Made by a program: the position numbers and the translations under genes
From: Octopus vulgaris
Taxonomy: Eukaryota
Direction: 5' to 3'
Assembly: GCA_951406725.2 (NCBI GenBank)
Contig: OX597828.1
Location: 49,910,001-49,974,000 of the forward strand
DNA: 64,000 bases
Shown here: one piece after another, positions 14,601-26,966 of the stretch
How the letters are laid out: the number at the start of each line of letters is the position of its first letter
Position numbering within the stretch: the first letter of the stretch is position 1
Notes under the pieces: generated by a model
The model's database searches: none
What the model was told of the DNA's origin: nothing
Seen by the model: the letters and a program-made list of their open reading frames with translations, nothing else

Positions 14601-15099
14601 TGGAATTGGAATTGATTTAGAATAACACCTGTGTTAAAGAACATGAGGGTAGGTAGGATCTTCGTTTATGCTTTTATTGGTTTCATTCACTGGATTGTGA
14701 CTATCCTGGGTCACTGCTTTCTGTGTAGAATAGTCTCAATTGTAGGGTTGTTTAGTAACTCAGATCTATTGTTTTTGTAATTAGCATAAAATGAATAATT
14801 TTTTAATGCTTGTTCAGATTGTGTGTGTGTGAGTGAGTGAGAGAGAGTGGGGGAAATTTTAAGTTTGAATTCTGTTATTGTTCAGTGGATATTTTGCCAA
14901 TTGGTAATGATTTTATCAACCTTGGACAGAGAAAGGAAGGTTAATTGAACTTGCGAGATTTGAGCTACGAACACGCAGGTATGAATGGTATCAGGTATTT
15001 TGTCCACTGCTCTATGGACTCTGCCATCTTTGCTGCATGATCATGCTACAGTTGTTAAGTCATTGATATATTATCGGTTTCCATATGACAGATAAATGA

Positions 15100-15520
15100 T
15101 ATACAATTTTATTGCTGCTAGCTGTAGGTAAATAGTACAGTTTCATTACTGCTAGTAGTAGGTCAATAGTACAGTTTTATTACTGCAGGCAGTAGGTAGC
15201 TGTTAGCAGTAGATAAATAATAGTACAGTTTTATTTCTGATAGCAGTAGATAATAGTACAATTTTATTGCTGCTAATGATAGGTAAATAGTATAGTTTTA
15301 TTTCTGCTAAGAATAAATAGATAAGTAGTACAGTTTTATTGCTATTAACGGCAGGTGAATAGTACAGCTTTATTTCTGATAGAAATAGGTAAATAGTAGA
15401 ATTTTACTGCTGCTCACACTAGATAGTACAGTTTCATTTCTGATAGCAGTAGATAATAGTAGAGTTTTATTGCTGTTAGTAGTAAGGAAATAGTACAGTT
15501 TTTATTTCTTATAGCACTGG
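15100..15520. repeat. Degenerate minisatellite, ~30-35-bp unit (gtaggtaaatagtacagttttattgctgctagca)
   Basis: About a dozen diverged units. One more unit resumes at ~15760-15800 after an insertion. Confidence 0.85.
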
Positions 15521-16456
15521 ATGATAGTTGAGAAAGGACCCTTCATCAGTTGTTAGCTGTCTATCTACTCCTCATTTCGTTGAATGCTTGAAATGAGAAG
15601 TAGATAGATACCTGACAACGGATGAAGGGTCCTTTCTCTGTGTTTCCCTGTTTTCCATCTTTTTTTTCTTGTTGTTTACATATTTCACTTGTTTTTCCTT
15701 TGTTTGTTTACGTGTTTCATGTTATTTGCACCGTTGGTGACGTCCTGTACCCATATATGCAGGTAAATAGAGTTTTATTTCTGCTAGCAGTAGGTAAAAA
15801 GTTCTTGGTTTTAACGACTATGATTAACAAACTTGCTTTGCAACCACATAGTCTTGGGTTCGATTCCATTGTGTGACACCTTGGATAAGTTTCAGATATT
15901 ATAGTTTCGGATTGATCAGTGTCTTGTGAGTAAATCTGTGTAAGTAAAAAGTTTGTGCACACAGTGTGATGTGTTTGTGTGTGTGTGCCTGTAATCTCTA
16001 TGTATAAAGATGAGGATGTGTTATATATATATTTGTCTCAGTGTGTCTTTACATTGGCAATACTTTGGTAGCTATAGTATGTCTTGTAACTTGGCAGTTC
16101 AACACGTGAAAGCCATTGGAATAAAGTACTTTAGTCGAAAGCAAGTCAGTGTGGGCATCAGCAACAGGCTTCTTCTGTCCAAAGAATACAATCACAATTA
16201 TGCTCATTCAACCCATACTAGTATGGAAAAAGCAAACATAACAGCTATGGTAATGATGATGTTGATGATCGGTACCTATGGCTACAGATAATTATACCAG
16301 TCACTTTTAAACTCTGTAATTTCTCTTGTCCTCAGCTTTTGACTCATCATTGTTTAGTGAATATGTACCCCAGGAAATTGAACTGTCTAAATAACATTTG
16401 TTCACTATTTTGAATTATCAATGGTAATTTTCGTTGACCTTCAAACTGAGATCTTG

Positions 16457-16515
<59 letters not shown>

Positions 16516-16756
16516 ATTACTGACTTTTCCACTTTCTCTCTTTTGTATTTAAGATGATCACATATGAATTTTAGATTTGTTTCTGCATTTTTAAAAACTA
16601 GGTTGCCTATATCTGTAGCTATATTGCCTATATTAATAGCTAGATTTTTTTTATTTTAATAGCTACATTGCTACATCAGTACCTATGATGTATATTTCAA
16701 TAGGAAAAATGCCTATTTCAATAAACTGCATTGTGTATTTTAATATCTGTAGTGCC

Positions 16757-16985
16757 ATCATCATCATCATCATTTAACTTCCATGTTTCATGTTGGCATG
16801 GGTTGGACAGTTTGACAGGATCCAACAGGTCCAAGGACTGCTTCCACATCTGGGTTGGACAGTTTGACAGGATCCAACAGGTCCAAGGACTGCTTCCACA
16901 TCTGCTTTGGCATAGTTTCTATGGTTGGATACCATTCTTAACACCAGCCACTTTACAGTGTGTACTGGGTGTTTTTGTGCTCTCA
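16757..16985 (-). mobile_element. Diverged family A copy with a 52-bp internal tandem duplication
   Basis: (CAT)n start. 16799-16850 is repeated at 16851-16902. Confidence 0.75.
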
Positions 16986-19392
16986 ACACTATTGAGAGAC
17001 TGCCATGCAGTATATGATCTGTATTTTAACAGGTATAGTCAGATTGTACTTTTAAATAGGTTAGCATTTATTTTCATACCTGTAGTGTATAATATATATT
17101 TTAATAAGTAGGTTGTCTAGCTTAAAAGCTAATTTAGTAGGCTATTATATTTTGTACTTTGAATTTTTACTCTTGATAAGTGAATTAATTTTAGAATTAA
17201 TTGGGACATGGGTTATCAATAACTGAAGGTTGAGTATAGATATAGGATAATCTCTAAAGTAGGGATTAGCTAAGAAAGACCTGAGATTAAGTAGTTTGAT
17301 GATAAGATATTGCAGATGGGATGGTTAGATGATGATGTTGAGAATTTAGGAAAGTATGAAGTTCTTGACCTATTGTAAGCATTGTATATACAATGTATAG
17401 ACAAAGTATGATGAAAATATCTTCATAAAGTTACTCTCTTCAACACATAAAACTTGTACAACGCAATCAGATTCTAAACCGTTGTCTTCACATTTTCTCT
17501 TGTGTCGGGTCTGTTTCTATGATATTTCATTAAATATTTTAGAATCTTGCAACTATTTCATCGTTTTGTGTTCCTAATAAAGTTACGTTGATTAATTGTT
17601 AATTGTTATCCAGGGATGCTGTCAGACTTATGCTGCTGGTCCATAGAAGAAAATTAAAATGTTGAAAAGATAAAAATGGAACTTCTAAGAAATTTGAAAT
17701 ACATGGAATTATGAATTTCAACAAGTAAAATATATCATGGATGGTGGTCATGGTTGTGGTGGTAATGGTAGCAGCAGGAGCAACAGCAGTTAACTGCTTA
17801 ATGTAGCTAGAATTATATTTTCATTAACCATTTTAGTTGTTGTGTGAGGTTTATGATGTATTAAGACTCAACTACTCTGCTAATATACACCCATTCCCCG
17901 CTTAACTGCAATTGATAATTGTTGGATGTGATAAAGCTGGACAATTGATTAACTTGGCCAGTTTAGTTTTGCCTGGAGCAAAGCACACAAGACTGCTTTG
18001 TTAAATTTGATAATCTACTTGACAAATTGGGTGGGGACATGATGGTGGTTGTGGGGGAAGAGATAGATGGAAACAAACGTAAAAAATATATGAGAGTGTT
18101 TGTTGTTGGATGGAAATTCTTTTTACTCTTGGGTCTGTGTTTTGCTGAATCCCACAGATTGTGGTGGCTGAGCTTTTACAATGATGAGCTCCCCCACCTC
18201 CACCTCACTCTCTCTTTCTCTCTCTCTCATTGTTGAATGAGTTTCACATACAGTGACTTTTGAGTTGTCATTTGCTATTAAATAACCAGCAGCTAAAACT
18301 GTTGTATTATTGGACTGCTCGAGGCTATTTAAGCAGCAACAAGATTAATTTTACCGGTTTATTTATTTTTTGTTTTACTTTAGAGCTAGTTGCCATAGTT
18401 TGATTACTTGGTTATTGTTCATTTATGTTGTTAAATTAATAAGTTATGCATTAATGATCCTGCTCTTCTAATCACAAACAGATGATACCATTCTTCAATC
18501 CTCCTTAACCTTCCAAAAGAACTACACCCTCTCTGTAAGGACAATGTATAATTAAACTCTTCAATATTGTTAGAAACACTGATTGTCTCTCTTAGTGACA
18601 GTACATCTATAACATAATTGCTAAAACTGCATCTGAAGGAGGAGTCTTCTTTTCAGGGCCACAAAATACTTTAATGTGATCAGTTGCTTACTCTTGACAG
18701 TTTAAAACCCACATTTACAGTATTGCTCACATATATGAGACAGCACAACCGCCGCTACACAAAAATATCTTAGACCACATTACAGTACTGCTCACACTGT
18801 AATACTGCTATATAAACACATAAACATCTGAGACAACAGTACAGTGCTGCTTACATACCCAGGATGGTAATACTGTTAGATACACACATAAACATCTTGT
18901 GCTGCATAAAAGCAAAATCATTTCTCTAACAGAATGGTAAACATTCACATATCAACATGCAGTAATTACAGCCATGTACTTTCTTTCAGACCAAATGGTT
19001 CTCAACTATTTTTTTTTTACTTACAGACCTCTTTGATTACTTTTTTTTTATTCTGGTGGACCCCCAAAGCTATTCCATCTTTAAAAATTAGTTTATTGGT
19101 ACTTCTTGCAAAATTCCTGTTTTATTTTTCACCCATTCACTTGTATAGGTTCAAAGTAGAACTCTTTGAAAGGACCTGTTTCAGTGGTTGGAAACATGTT
19201 GAACTATGTTAAGCATTAGAGAAAGAAACTTAGTTGTTTCTTGCAATAAATACAGCTAAAGCAACATTTTTTCATGGATCCCTAAAATACTGCTGTAGGA
19301 TTCCAAAAAATGTTATATGGGTCTCTAAGAGTCATATGGACCCCTGGATGAAAACAACTGCTCTAAACTAACAAACTGCTTATTCACTCCTT

Positions 19393-19434
<42 letters not shown>

Positions 19435-20003
19435 CTTTTCTTCTCAGAACATCATCTGTCTGAAACACAACAGTTGCTCAAGTTAAACATCAATCACATT
19501 AGTCTTGTCAGTCTTGTCATGACTAATACAAAGTTATGAATGGTACAAAAAAAAAAGAACAATAGAAAGTAAAAAACAAAAAAGAAAAGGTTCCCCGTTA
19601 GTTGACCATTTTAGACTTGACTCACCAGAAATCTAAAGCCATCGAATGTTAATTATATCATGTAAACTGTGTTATTGATTGGCGCAACATGTTGGCAGTT
19701 GTTTTTGTTGATTTTACCAACTGAACTGTTTGTGCTTCAGTTTCCCCTCTTGGTTTCTGTGTAGATTGTTTAGAGTAAAGAACTATCGGTGAAGGTAGCA
19801 GAACAATCAGTTAGTTGTGGATAGATATAGCATTATATATGGTAGTCAGTGATGACTGTTGCAAAGATAGTGGCAGCAGATAGATGGAAATGCATGAATT
19901 CAAAGTATTGCGTTAATCTTTTAGTACTGGAATGGGAAATATTGTTGTTACTGGAGTAATCCTGAAGTTTACCAAAACAAACTTTATTTAACTCTATTGT
20001 TAC

Positions 20004-20152
20004 GGAGTGGTTGGCGTTAGGAAGGGCATCCAGCCGTAAAAACACTGCCAGATCAGACTGGAGCCTGGTGCTGCCCCTGGCTTCCCAGACCCCGGTCAAA
20101 CTCTCCAACCCGTGCTAGCGCGGAAAACGGACGTTAAACGATGATGATGATG
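20004..20152 (+). mobile_element. 5'-truncated family A copy with TSD
   Basis: attgttac at 19996-20003 and 20153-20160 flanks the core and (GAT)n tail. Confidence 0.85.
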
Positions 20153-20176
20153 ATTGTTACCAAATTTATGTTCAAA

Positions 20177-21068
20177 TATGTGGTGGTATCAAAAAGTTCT
20201 TGGACTAGTTCTGTTGTGCGCCAACAAATGATAGCACATGGTTGCGTGTACAGTGAGAGCTAGCAGTGATGTTCATGAGGCAGTGTGCTAAGTGACATTT
20301 CTGTGTTTACTTAGCAAGTTGTGAAATTTGTGTTTTTGTGATCATGTGTATGCTGTAGTCTGCGATTTTCGTCATGGACAAGAAGTTGGAAGAAAGAGCC
20401 AACGGGAAATTTTGCATTAAACTTGGGAAGTCTGCTACAGAGACATTGAGCATGCTTTGGCAAGCTTATGGCAATGAAGCATTGGGTTGTACACAATGTT
20501 TTGAGTGGCACAGGTGCACAACAGAACCGTAGCTTAATCAAGAGCATGCTCATCACTTCTTTCAATGTCCATGATATTGTGTACCAAGAATTTGTCCCCC
20601 AGGGCCAGACCATCAATTGATAGTTCTACTGGGATGTTTTGAAGTGTTTGAGGGAGAATATTCAGTGAAAGTGACCAGACATGTGGAACATGATGAATTG
20701 GATTCTTCATGACAATAATGTACCCTGTCATCAAGCTCTCCTCACTTATGAGTTTCTTGCCCAAAACAATATGGTATCACTTCTGCACCTACCCTATTCA
20801 CCAGATTTAGTACCTGTGGATGTTCATCTCTTCCCCCAAGATGAAAATGCAGCTCAAAGGTCACTGTTGTTGAGATTAAGGGTGAATTGCAGAAGGTCCT
20901 CAACTTGCCTATGGAAAACAACTTCCAGGCCAGATTTCAAAAATGGCAGGGACCGGTGTATTGCTGTGCAAGGTGACTATTTCGAAGGAGATGATGTTAA
21001 AACTTAGGTAAATAAGTTATTTTTTATTAAACATAATTAGTCCGGGAACTCTTTGATCCTGCTTTGTG
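20177..21068 (+). mobile_element. Internally deleted mariner transposon
   Basis: Imperfect ~30-bp TIRs (atcaaaaagttcttggacta / tagtccgggaactctttgat). Transposase pieces CIKLGKSATET, WILHDNNVPCH, PYSPDLVPVD and CIAVQGDYFEGD. Confidence 0.9.
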
Positions 21069-21864
21069 CACTGACCTTGATTCAGTTAATTTTGAAAATA
21101 ATGAGAAATTTAATTAAAATAACTGTCATTATTAAGCTGGTGTTTAAAATATAAACTAACTTGAAATTTTGATAGAAGGCCTTAATTTAGACCACTATAA
21201 AACGGGGGATTTATATCATAGAATCAGGGACAGTTTTATGTGGGTTGGCATCAAAGGGTTAAAAGGAGCCAGTGTTTAGGAACAATTTATGTTTTTATCT
21301 TGAATATTTTGTATTCCAGTTTATCATTTAAAAACATTGAGCAAATTCTCTGATGCAGTGGTTGTCTATGAAGCATTGTGTTACGGCAATGAATGTCACT
21401 GCTAAATATTTTGTTAACTTCCTAATTGTTTAATACATGTTACTTCCTAATTGCTAAATAACATGAGCCGTTTCAGCAGTTTAATTTATCAGGTGTAGGT
21501 AGTCAACCTTAATCCTGCCTGCTATATTGACCTGGTAATATCTCTGGTGTTGTTGAATGACATTAGTCTTTTATTTAGGTTAGTACTTAGTAGAAAGCCG
21601 GTTGTGTTTTATTTTTACATTGCAGTGTAGGATATGACCTTCTTCACGTGGGTTGTCATATTAATACTGACTCAGTTGGTAAGTACAATAGCAGAAGCTG
21701 GCCTGCTGTCAATTGGAAGTAATCCAATACTTTATTAGCACATATTGGTATTGTTTACAACAAATGTTTGTTTAGAAATAATTCTCATGGCATCTGAAAA
21801 GTCCTGTCACATATTTCATTGTGTCATAAGATTTCACTTTTCATGATCTTTATTGGGAAATTAC

Positions 21865-22103
21865 AGATAAAGAATGTGTGTTGTGTGTGTGTGTTCTTGA
21901 TAAATTCAGCTCTCCAGAAGTAAGACTGGCAATCTCCTGTCACATTGACGACTACTTACTATTACTACTGGATAAATTAAAAAAGATAAAGAATGTGTGA
22001 TGTGTGTGTGTATTCTTGATAATTTCAGCTCTCCAGATGTAAGACTGGAATCTCCTGTCACATTGACAGCTGCTAACTATTACTAGTGGATGAATTTAAA
22101 AAG
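21865..22103. repeat. Two-copy ~120-bp tandem duplication
   Basis: agataaagaatgtgtg...ttcagctctccaga.gtaagactgg...tcctgtcacattgac starts at 21865 and again at 21984. Confidence 0.85.
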
Positions 22104-22664
22104 AACTTAATAGAAACATTTAAGGAATTTCGCTAAAAAAAATCACCATTCAGTGACATTACTGTTTGACCTAATTACAGATAATAGACAAGGGAAGTTC
22201 TATTAATATATTAACAGAATTCTAATAATATGATATAAAGGTAAAGAATCTAATCAGAAAAATTGGCAGGAGAATACCCAATATGCCCTCTGATAAAAAA
22301 GAAAAACAGGAAAAAGTGCTACATATAATGATGATTATGATAGCTATGAGTACAATCATCAGCAATAGGTGCAAGCATGGCTGTGAGGTGAAACAGTTGG
22401 CTTGGTAACCACATGGTTATGGGTTCAGCATCACTACACAACACCTTGGGCAGGTGTCTTCTACAATATAACACTAGGCTAATCAAAACATCTGATGAGT
22501 AGATTTGGGAGATAGAAACTGTAAGAAGTCTATCATGTATGTGCATATATATATATATGAATAAATGAAAGAATGGAGTCGAACGAAGATGTTAACAAAA
22601 TTCCTTTATTCTCGACATATGTTTCGAAGACAGCATATTTTCCATGCTGATGATAAACATAAGA

Positions 22665-22679
22665 TAATTCATTCACCTA

Positions 22680-22722
<43 letters not shown>

Positions 22723-22773
22723 CATTCACCTACTTATATATATATATATATATATATATAATTCATTCACCTA

Positions 22774-22808
<35 letters not shown>

Positions 22809-22818
22809 CATTCACCTA

Positions 22819-22859
<41 letters not shown>

Positions 22860-22889
22860 CATTCACCTACTTATATATATATATATATA
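22665..22889. repeat. Compound repeat [attcattcacctact(ta)n] x5
   Basis: Directly visible. The same unit occurs three times at 25760-25928. Confidence 0.9.
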
Positions 22890-22918
22890 CGAGAATGAAG
22901 CAACAAGAATGGATAGGT

Positions 22919-23009
22919 TTTTAGTACAATCGTTTCATACAAGGACAGGTTTTATTAAAAGTTGCAAAAATTACAGCATATAAACGTGTCCCGTACTCAT
23001 CAGCTAAAA
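22919..23009 (-). ncRNA. Type I hammerhead ribozyme motif (copy in the other PLE arm, sense with the GIY-YIG ORF)
   Basis: Reverse complement of 25520-25610, with the same 91-nt length. Confidence 0.85.
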
Positions 23010-24532
23010 TACATGTGAGTTCTCTAGACATTCTAGTGGTTGAGGCTATACTCATGAAGTAATGTAGATAATTAAGTAACATAAACAGATTTCAAAAGTT
23101 CATTAAAGTTCTTTAAAGATGATGTACAGTCTTATCACAGAATTTTAAAAAAGTCTTAATAGCATCACAGAGAAGGTGACCCAATCCATAGTGCACATAT
23201 GAATTTCCAGAGATATGATGAGGGATTACATACTCACAGAAGGCAAATTTATCCATTGTTAATTACAACGAGGTGGGTTTCAATTCCTGCCTATTAGCAT
23301 TATAGAGAGGGTGAGTTAATCCTTTGTATAGATGCACAATTTCCAATGGTGTAGGTGTAAATTTCCAAGGAATTTCATATTCACAGGCGATAAATTTATC
23401 AATGGTTGAACACAATGAGGTAGGTATCAATTCTTGCTATATGATTTGGTATTTGCCACATTAATCACATTACTGCTATTTACAAGAGGCCTTAGCTATT
23501 TAACTTTTAAAGGCTGAAGGGCTTACTAGAGCTGTATAGAATAGAAAAGGGAAGGGCATAGAAGAAAAGAGAAGAAAATAAAGAGAGAAAATAAAAGAGG
23601 AGGGAGCAAAAAGGGGGGAAAGGGGGACTCAAAGAGAAGAGAAAAGGAAAAAGAGAATAAGAAGAAGAAAAAGAAAAAAGAGAAAAGAGAAAGAAATAGG
23701 GAAGGAAGGGAAAAAAAAAAGAGAAAAAGAAAAAGAAAAAGAAGAAAAAAAGAAAAAAGAAGAAAGAAGAAAGAAAAAGAAAAAAGGGTTCTAGTTATAC
23801 AGAAGAATTAGTAGACGACAAGTCTGGTTTTAGTTTACAGGCATCTAGGAATTAGAGGAGAATATTATTCTTTGACCGGTTAAAACAGCTAATTTATTGC
23901 TGTTGAAATCAGCTATGAATTTAAAGAGAATCTAAAGAGATAACACAGTTAGGGGTTTCGGGGTCAGATGCTAAAATCACCAGAAAATACATTAGGGAAA
24001 ACTAGGTATAATCTTATCAAAAAGTCATTAAAATTTACTTATTTAATTTATTCATTTTATTGTCGTAGGGAGTTGCCGTTATTATTCATACATTGACGGA
24101 CTACAGGTCAAATCTTAGAAGATCATTTAAAAGGTGTTAGGGGATTGTCTATCATAATGAAGATAATCATATTATCACTGAGGGAATAGTCTCATTTATT
24201 TAATTTTGAAATAGAATAATGGGTCTATAGTAACTCATTTTAATTAATTAGAGTTATGCTAATTAAATTAGATTAAGTTAGGAACTAAAATTAAAAATTA
24301 CAATTAAGATTTAAAATTAAGAATTTAAAAATTTAAAAATTGTGAGTTTGAAATTAAATAAAGCCTCAATTAAGCAGCGAATAAGTGCTATTCATTTCCC
24401 TGTTCTTAAAAAACTGATGCTGATATAGGAAAAAGATAACTGTAGTGTGAGAACTCTTAGTTATCTACTTAAAGCAGTGCTATACCAGTAGAAATCAGGT
24501 TATATCTATCTATCTAGTTACGAATATTCTAA

Positions 24533-24939
24533 TCATTTAAAATATTTTAAAGTCTTCAATTTAGCGTGGACACAAACTTGACCTAGTTCGATATGGTTAT
24601 TCAATAGGTTTCTATGTTTTCTATGCTTTAGAATTTCATATGTCTCCATGGAGCATAGTTGGCAACCAACCCTACTATTTTTATACGGAATTGCTCTCCT
24701 AACTATTTCCCAATTAAGGTTATAATTTTTATTATTATTTTTGAGTTCCCAGATTTTGTTTGAAAGTGTGGTGGTACCAGCTTTATGACGTAATTTAAAA
24801 GTCGAGATGTGATTTCTAACTCTAGCTAAAAATTAATTGTACATCCAATGTAATAATATTTGTTATTCTCCGAGGATATGGTACATTTATAGATTACATT
24901 ATTTTCTCCACATAGACCAGGTGCCGGGCATTTTGATTT
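24533..24939 (-). pseudogene. PLE GIY-YIG endonuclease C-terminal fragment (one frameshift)
   Basis: The minus-strand translation is KSKCPAPGLCGENNVIYKCTISSENNKYYYIGCTINF/ARVRNHISTFKLRHKAGTTTLSNKIWELKNNNKNYNLNWEIVRRAIPYKNSRVGCQLCSMETYEILKHRKHRNLLNNHIELGQVCVHAKLKTLKYFK*. It shows the VIY...YIG, R..NH, E and LN motifs plus Cys/His pairs. A 1-nt shift falls in the A-run at 24828-24832. Confidence 0.88.
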
Positions 24940-25519
24940 TATTCTCTTTTATTTTCTCTCTTTTCTTCTATGCCCTTCCCTTTTCTATTCTATACAGCTC
25001 TAGTAAGCCCTTCAGCCTTTAAAAGTTAAATAGCTAAGGCCTCTTGTAAATAGCAGTAATGTGATTAATGTGGCAAATACCAAATCATATAGCAAGAATT
25101 GATACCTACCTCATTGTGTTCAACCATTGATAAATTTATCGCCTGTGAATATGAAATTCCTTGGAAATTTACACCTACACCATTGGAAATTGTGCATCTA
25201 TACAAAGGATTAACTCACCCTCTCTATAATGCTAATAGGCAGGAATTGAAACCCACCTCGTTGTAATTAACAATGGATAAATTTGCCTTCTGTGAGTATG
25301 TAATCCCTCATCATATCTCTGGAAATTCATATGTGCACTATGGATTGGGTCACCTTCTCTGTGATGCTATTAAGACTTTTTTAAAATTCTGTGATAAGAC
25401 TGTACATCATCTTTAAAGAACTTTAATGAACTTTTGAAATCTGTTTATGTTACTTAATTATCTACATTACTTCATGAGTATAGCCTCAACCACTAGAATG
25501 TCTAGAGAACTCACATGTA

Positions 25520-25610
25520 TTTTAGCTGATGAGTACGGGACACGTTTATATGCTGTAATTTTTGCAACTTTTAATAAAACCTGTCCTTGTATGAAACGAT
25601 TGTACTAAAA
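25520..25610 (+). ncRNA. Type I hammerhead ribozyme motif (minimal stem III, extended stem II)
   Basis: Order of elements: ttttag (stem I), CTGATGA at 25526-25532, gtacgggaca...tgtccttgtat (stem II), GAAA at 25593-25596, c gatt g, TA, ctaaaa (stem I). The GUA triplet predicts a cut after 25604. Confidence 0.85.
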
Positions 25611-25754
25611 ACCTATCCATTCTTGTTGCTTCATTCTCGCTTATAATCACCCCACATTACTGTATTGTTAAATCAGTATAGTTTTTTTTTTGGTGCATCT
25701 AAGTTAGGTACCATATTCAAGTAAATTCATTTAAATTAACTTGAATCTTTATTG

Positions 25755-25759
<5 letters not shown>

Positions 25760-25801
<42 letters not shown>

Positions 25802-25811
25802 CATTCACCTA

Positions 25812-25846
<35 letters not shown>

Positions 25847-25897
25847 CATTCACCTACTTATATATATATATATATATATATATAATTCATTCACCTA

Positions 25898-25928
<31 letters not shown>
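25760..25928. repeat. Compound repeat [attcattcacctact(ta)n] x3
   Basis: Same orientation as the left-hand array, on the other side of the PLE. Confidence 0.9.
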
Positions 25929-25931
<3 letters not shown>

Positions 25932-26294
25932 AATAAACAGATGTAGAAAAATTAATAAAAATGTATGTGTGTATGCATGCCCACGTGTGTATTCACATCT
26001 TGTCTTGACATCACTCCCTTATTGTAAACAAATGTCATTGTTATACAAGAGGTGTCATTTTTTGTGATCTTTTATATAAACAAGCTTGACCATTGCACTC
26101 TTCACATTCAAAGGACTGGGGGAAATATTTCCTTGTTTGGAAACAAGTTAGGGTTGGTGATAGGAAAAGCATCTGGCCTTTGAAAATCTGTCTCAACCAA
26201 TTTTGTCTAATTCATGCAAGCATAGGAAAGTAGATGTTAAAATGACAACAATGATAGTGGTATGTATTCATGTGGGTGTATGTCTGTGAGTGTG

Positions 26295-26332
<38 letters not shown>

Positions 26333-26349
26333 CATGTGTGTGTATGTGT

Positions 26350-26640
26350 GTAGGCATATAGCATAGTGGTTAGGCATGTTGCACTCACAATCACGAGATT
26401 GTGATTTCGATTCCCTGACTGGCTGTGCATTGTGTTTTGGGGCAAAACACTTCATTTCATGTTGCTCCATTTCTCTCAGCTGTAAGCGGGTAACCCTGCA
26501 ACAGTCTAGATTTCTGATTTGGGCAAATGTTGGCCTGCTCACCTAGCCAGTGGGTGGCATCATTCAAAAGCTACAATGATGTGAAGTACATTGTCACCAG
26601 TGATGTATAACAACATCCAATAGTATGGTCAATCACGTGA
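26350..26640 (+). mobile_element. tRNA-derived SINE family E (related head near 29830-29990)
   Basis: Head tagcatagtggttag...ctcacaa...tttcgattccc followed by gcaaaacacttcatttcatgttgctcc. Confidence 0.65.
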
Positions 26641-26919
26641 TATATATATATATATATGTGATGATTTGAGAAGTGGTGACGAGTGACAATTCTGTAAATA
26701 ACGATAATATTATACAAGCTTAAAGCTAATAAGCAATCACTGCGTATTGACTGAAGAAAATTGTCATATACTGGGACATATAAGCCTGCAATGGAAAAAA
26801 AAGACACAGAAAACCAACTTTTTTCTGTCAAGAGTTTATATGCCCCAATATTAGAAATATTAGACTATTTTCTTTAGTCAATACACAGTGATCACTTGTA
26901 AACTTTAAGATTATAAAAA

Positions 26920-26966
<47 letters not shown>

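Larger units (their letters stand above)
22890..25759 (-). mobile_element. 5'-truncated Penelope-like retroelement (PLE) with inverted pseudo-LTR arms
   Basis: Arms at 22890-~23599 and ~24944-25639 are reverse complements; paired coordinates sum to 48529 at several checked points. A GIY-YIG endonuclease fragment lies between them, each arm has a hammerhead motif, and the same (TA)n compound repeat flanks both sides. Confidence 0.88.

Noticed and set aside
17738-17792. Gly/Ser-rich ATG-initiated stretch as a possible Pur-alpha first exon
   Set aside because: It is a degenerate trinucleotide repeat ending in a stop, with no convincing phase-1 donor and no resemblance to PUR N-termini.
22492-22525. 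CTGATGA...GAAA hammerhead-like spacing
   Set aside because: It is a mutated family B SINE segment (consensus cttgtgagtggatttggtagacggaaactg), and stems I and II do not form.
22665-22889. CRISPR-like repeat-spacer appearance (also 15100-15520 and 58981-59085)
   Set aside because: The spacers are (TA)n or short and mutually similar, there are no cas genes, and the context is eukaryotic.
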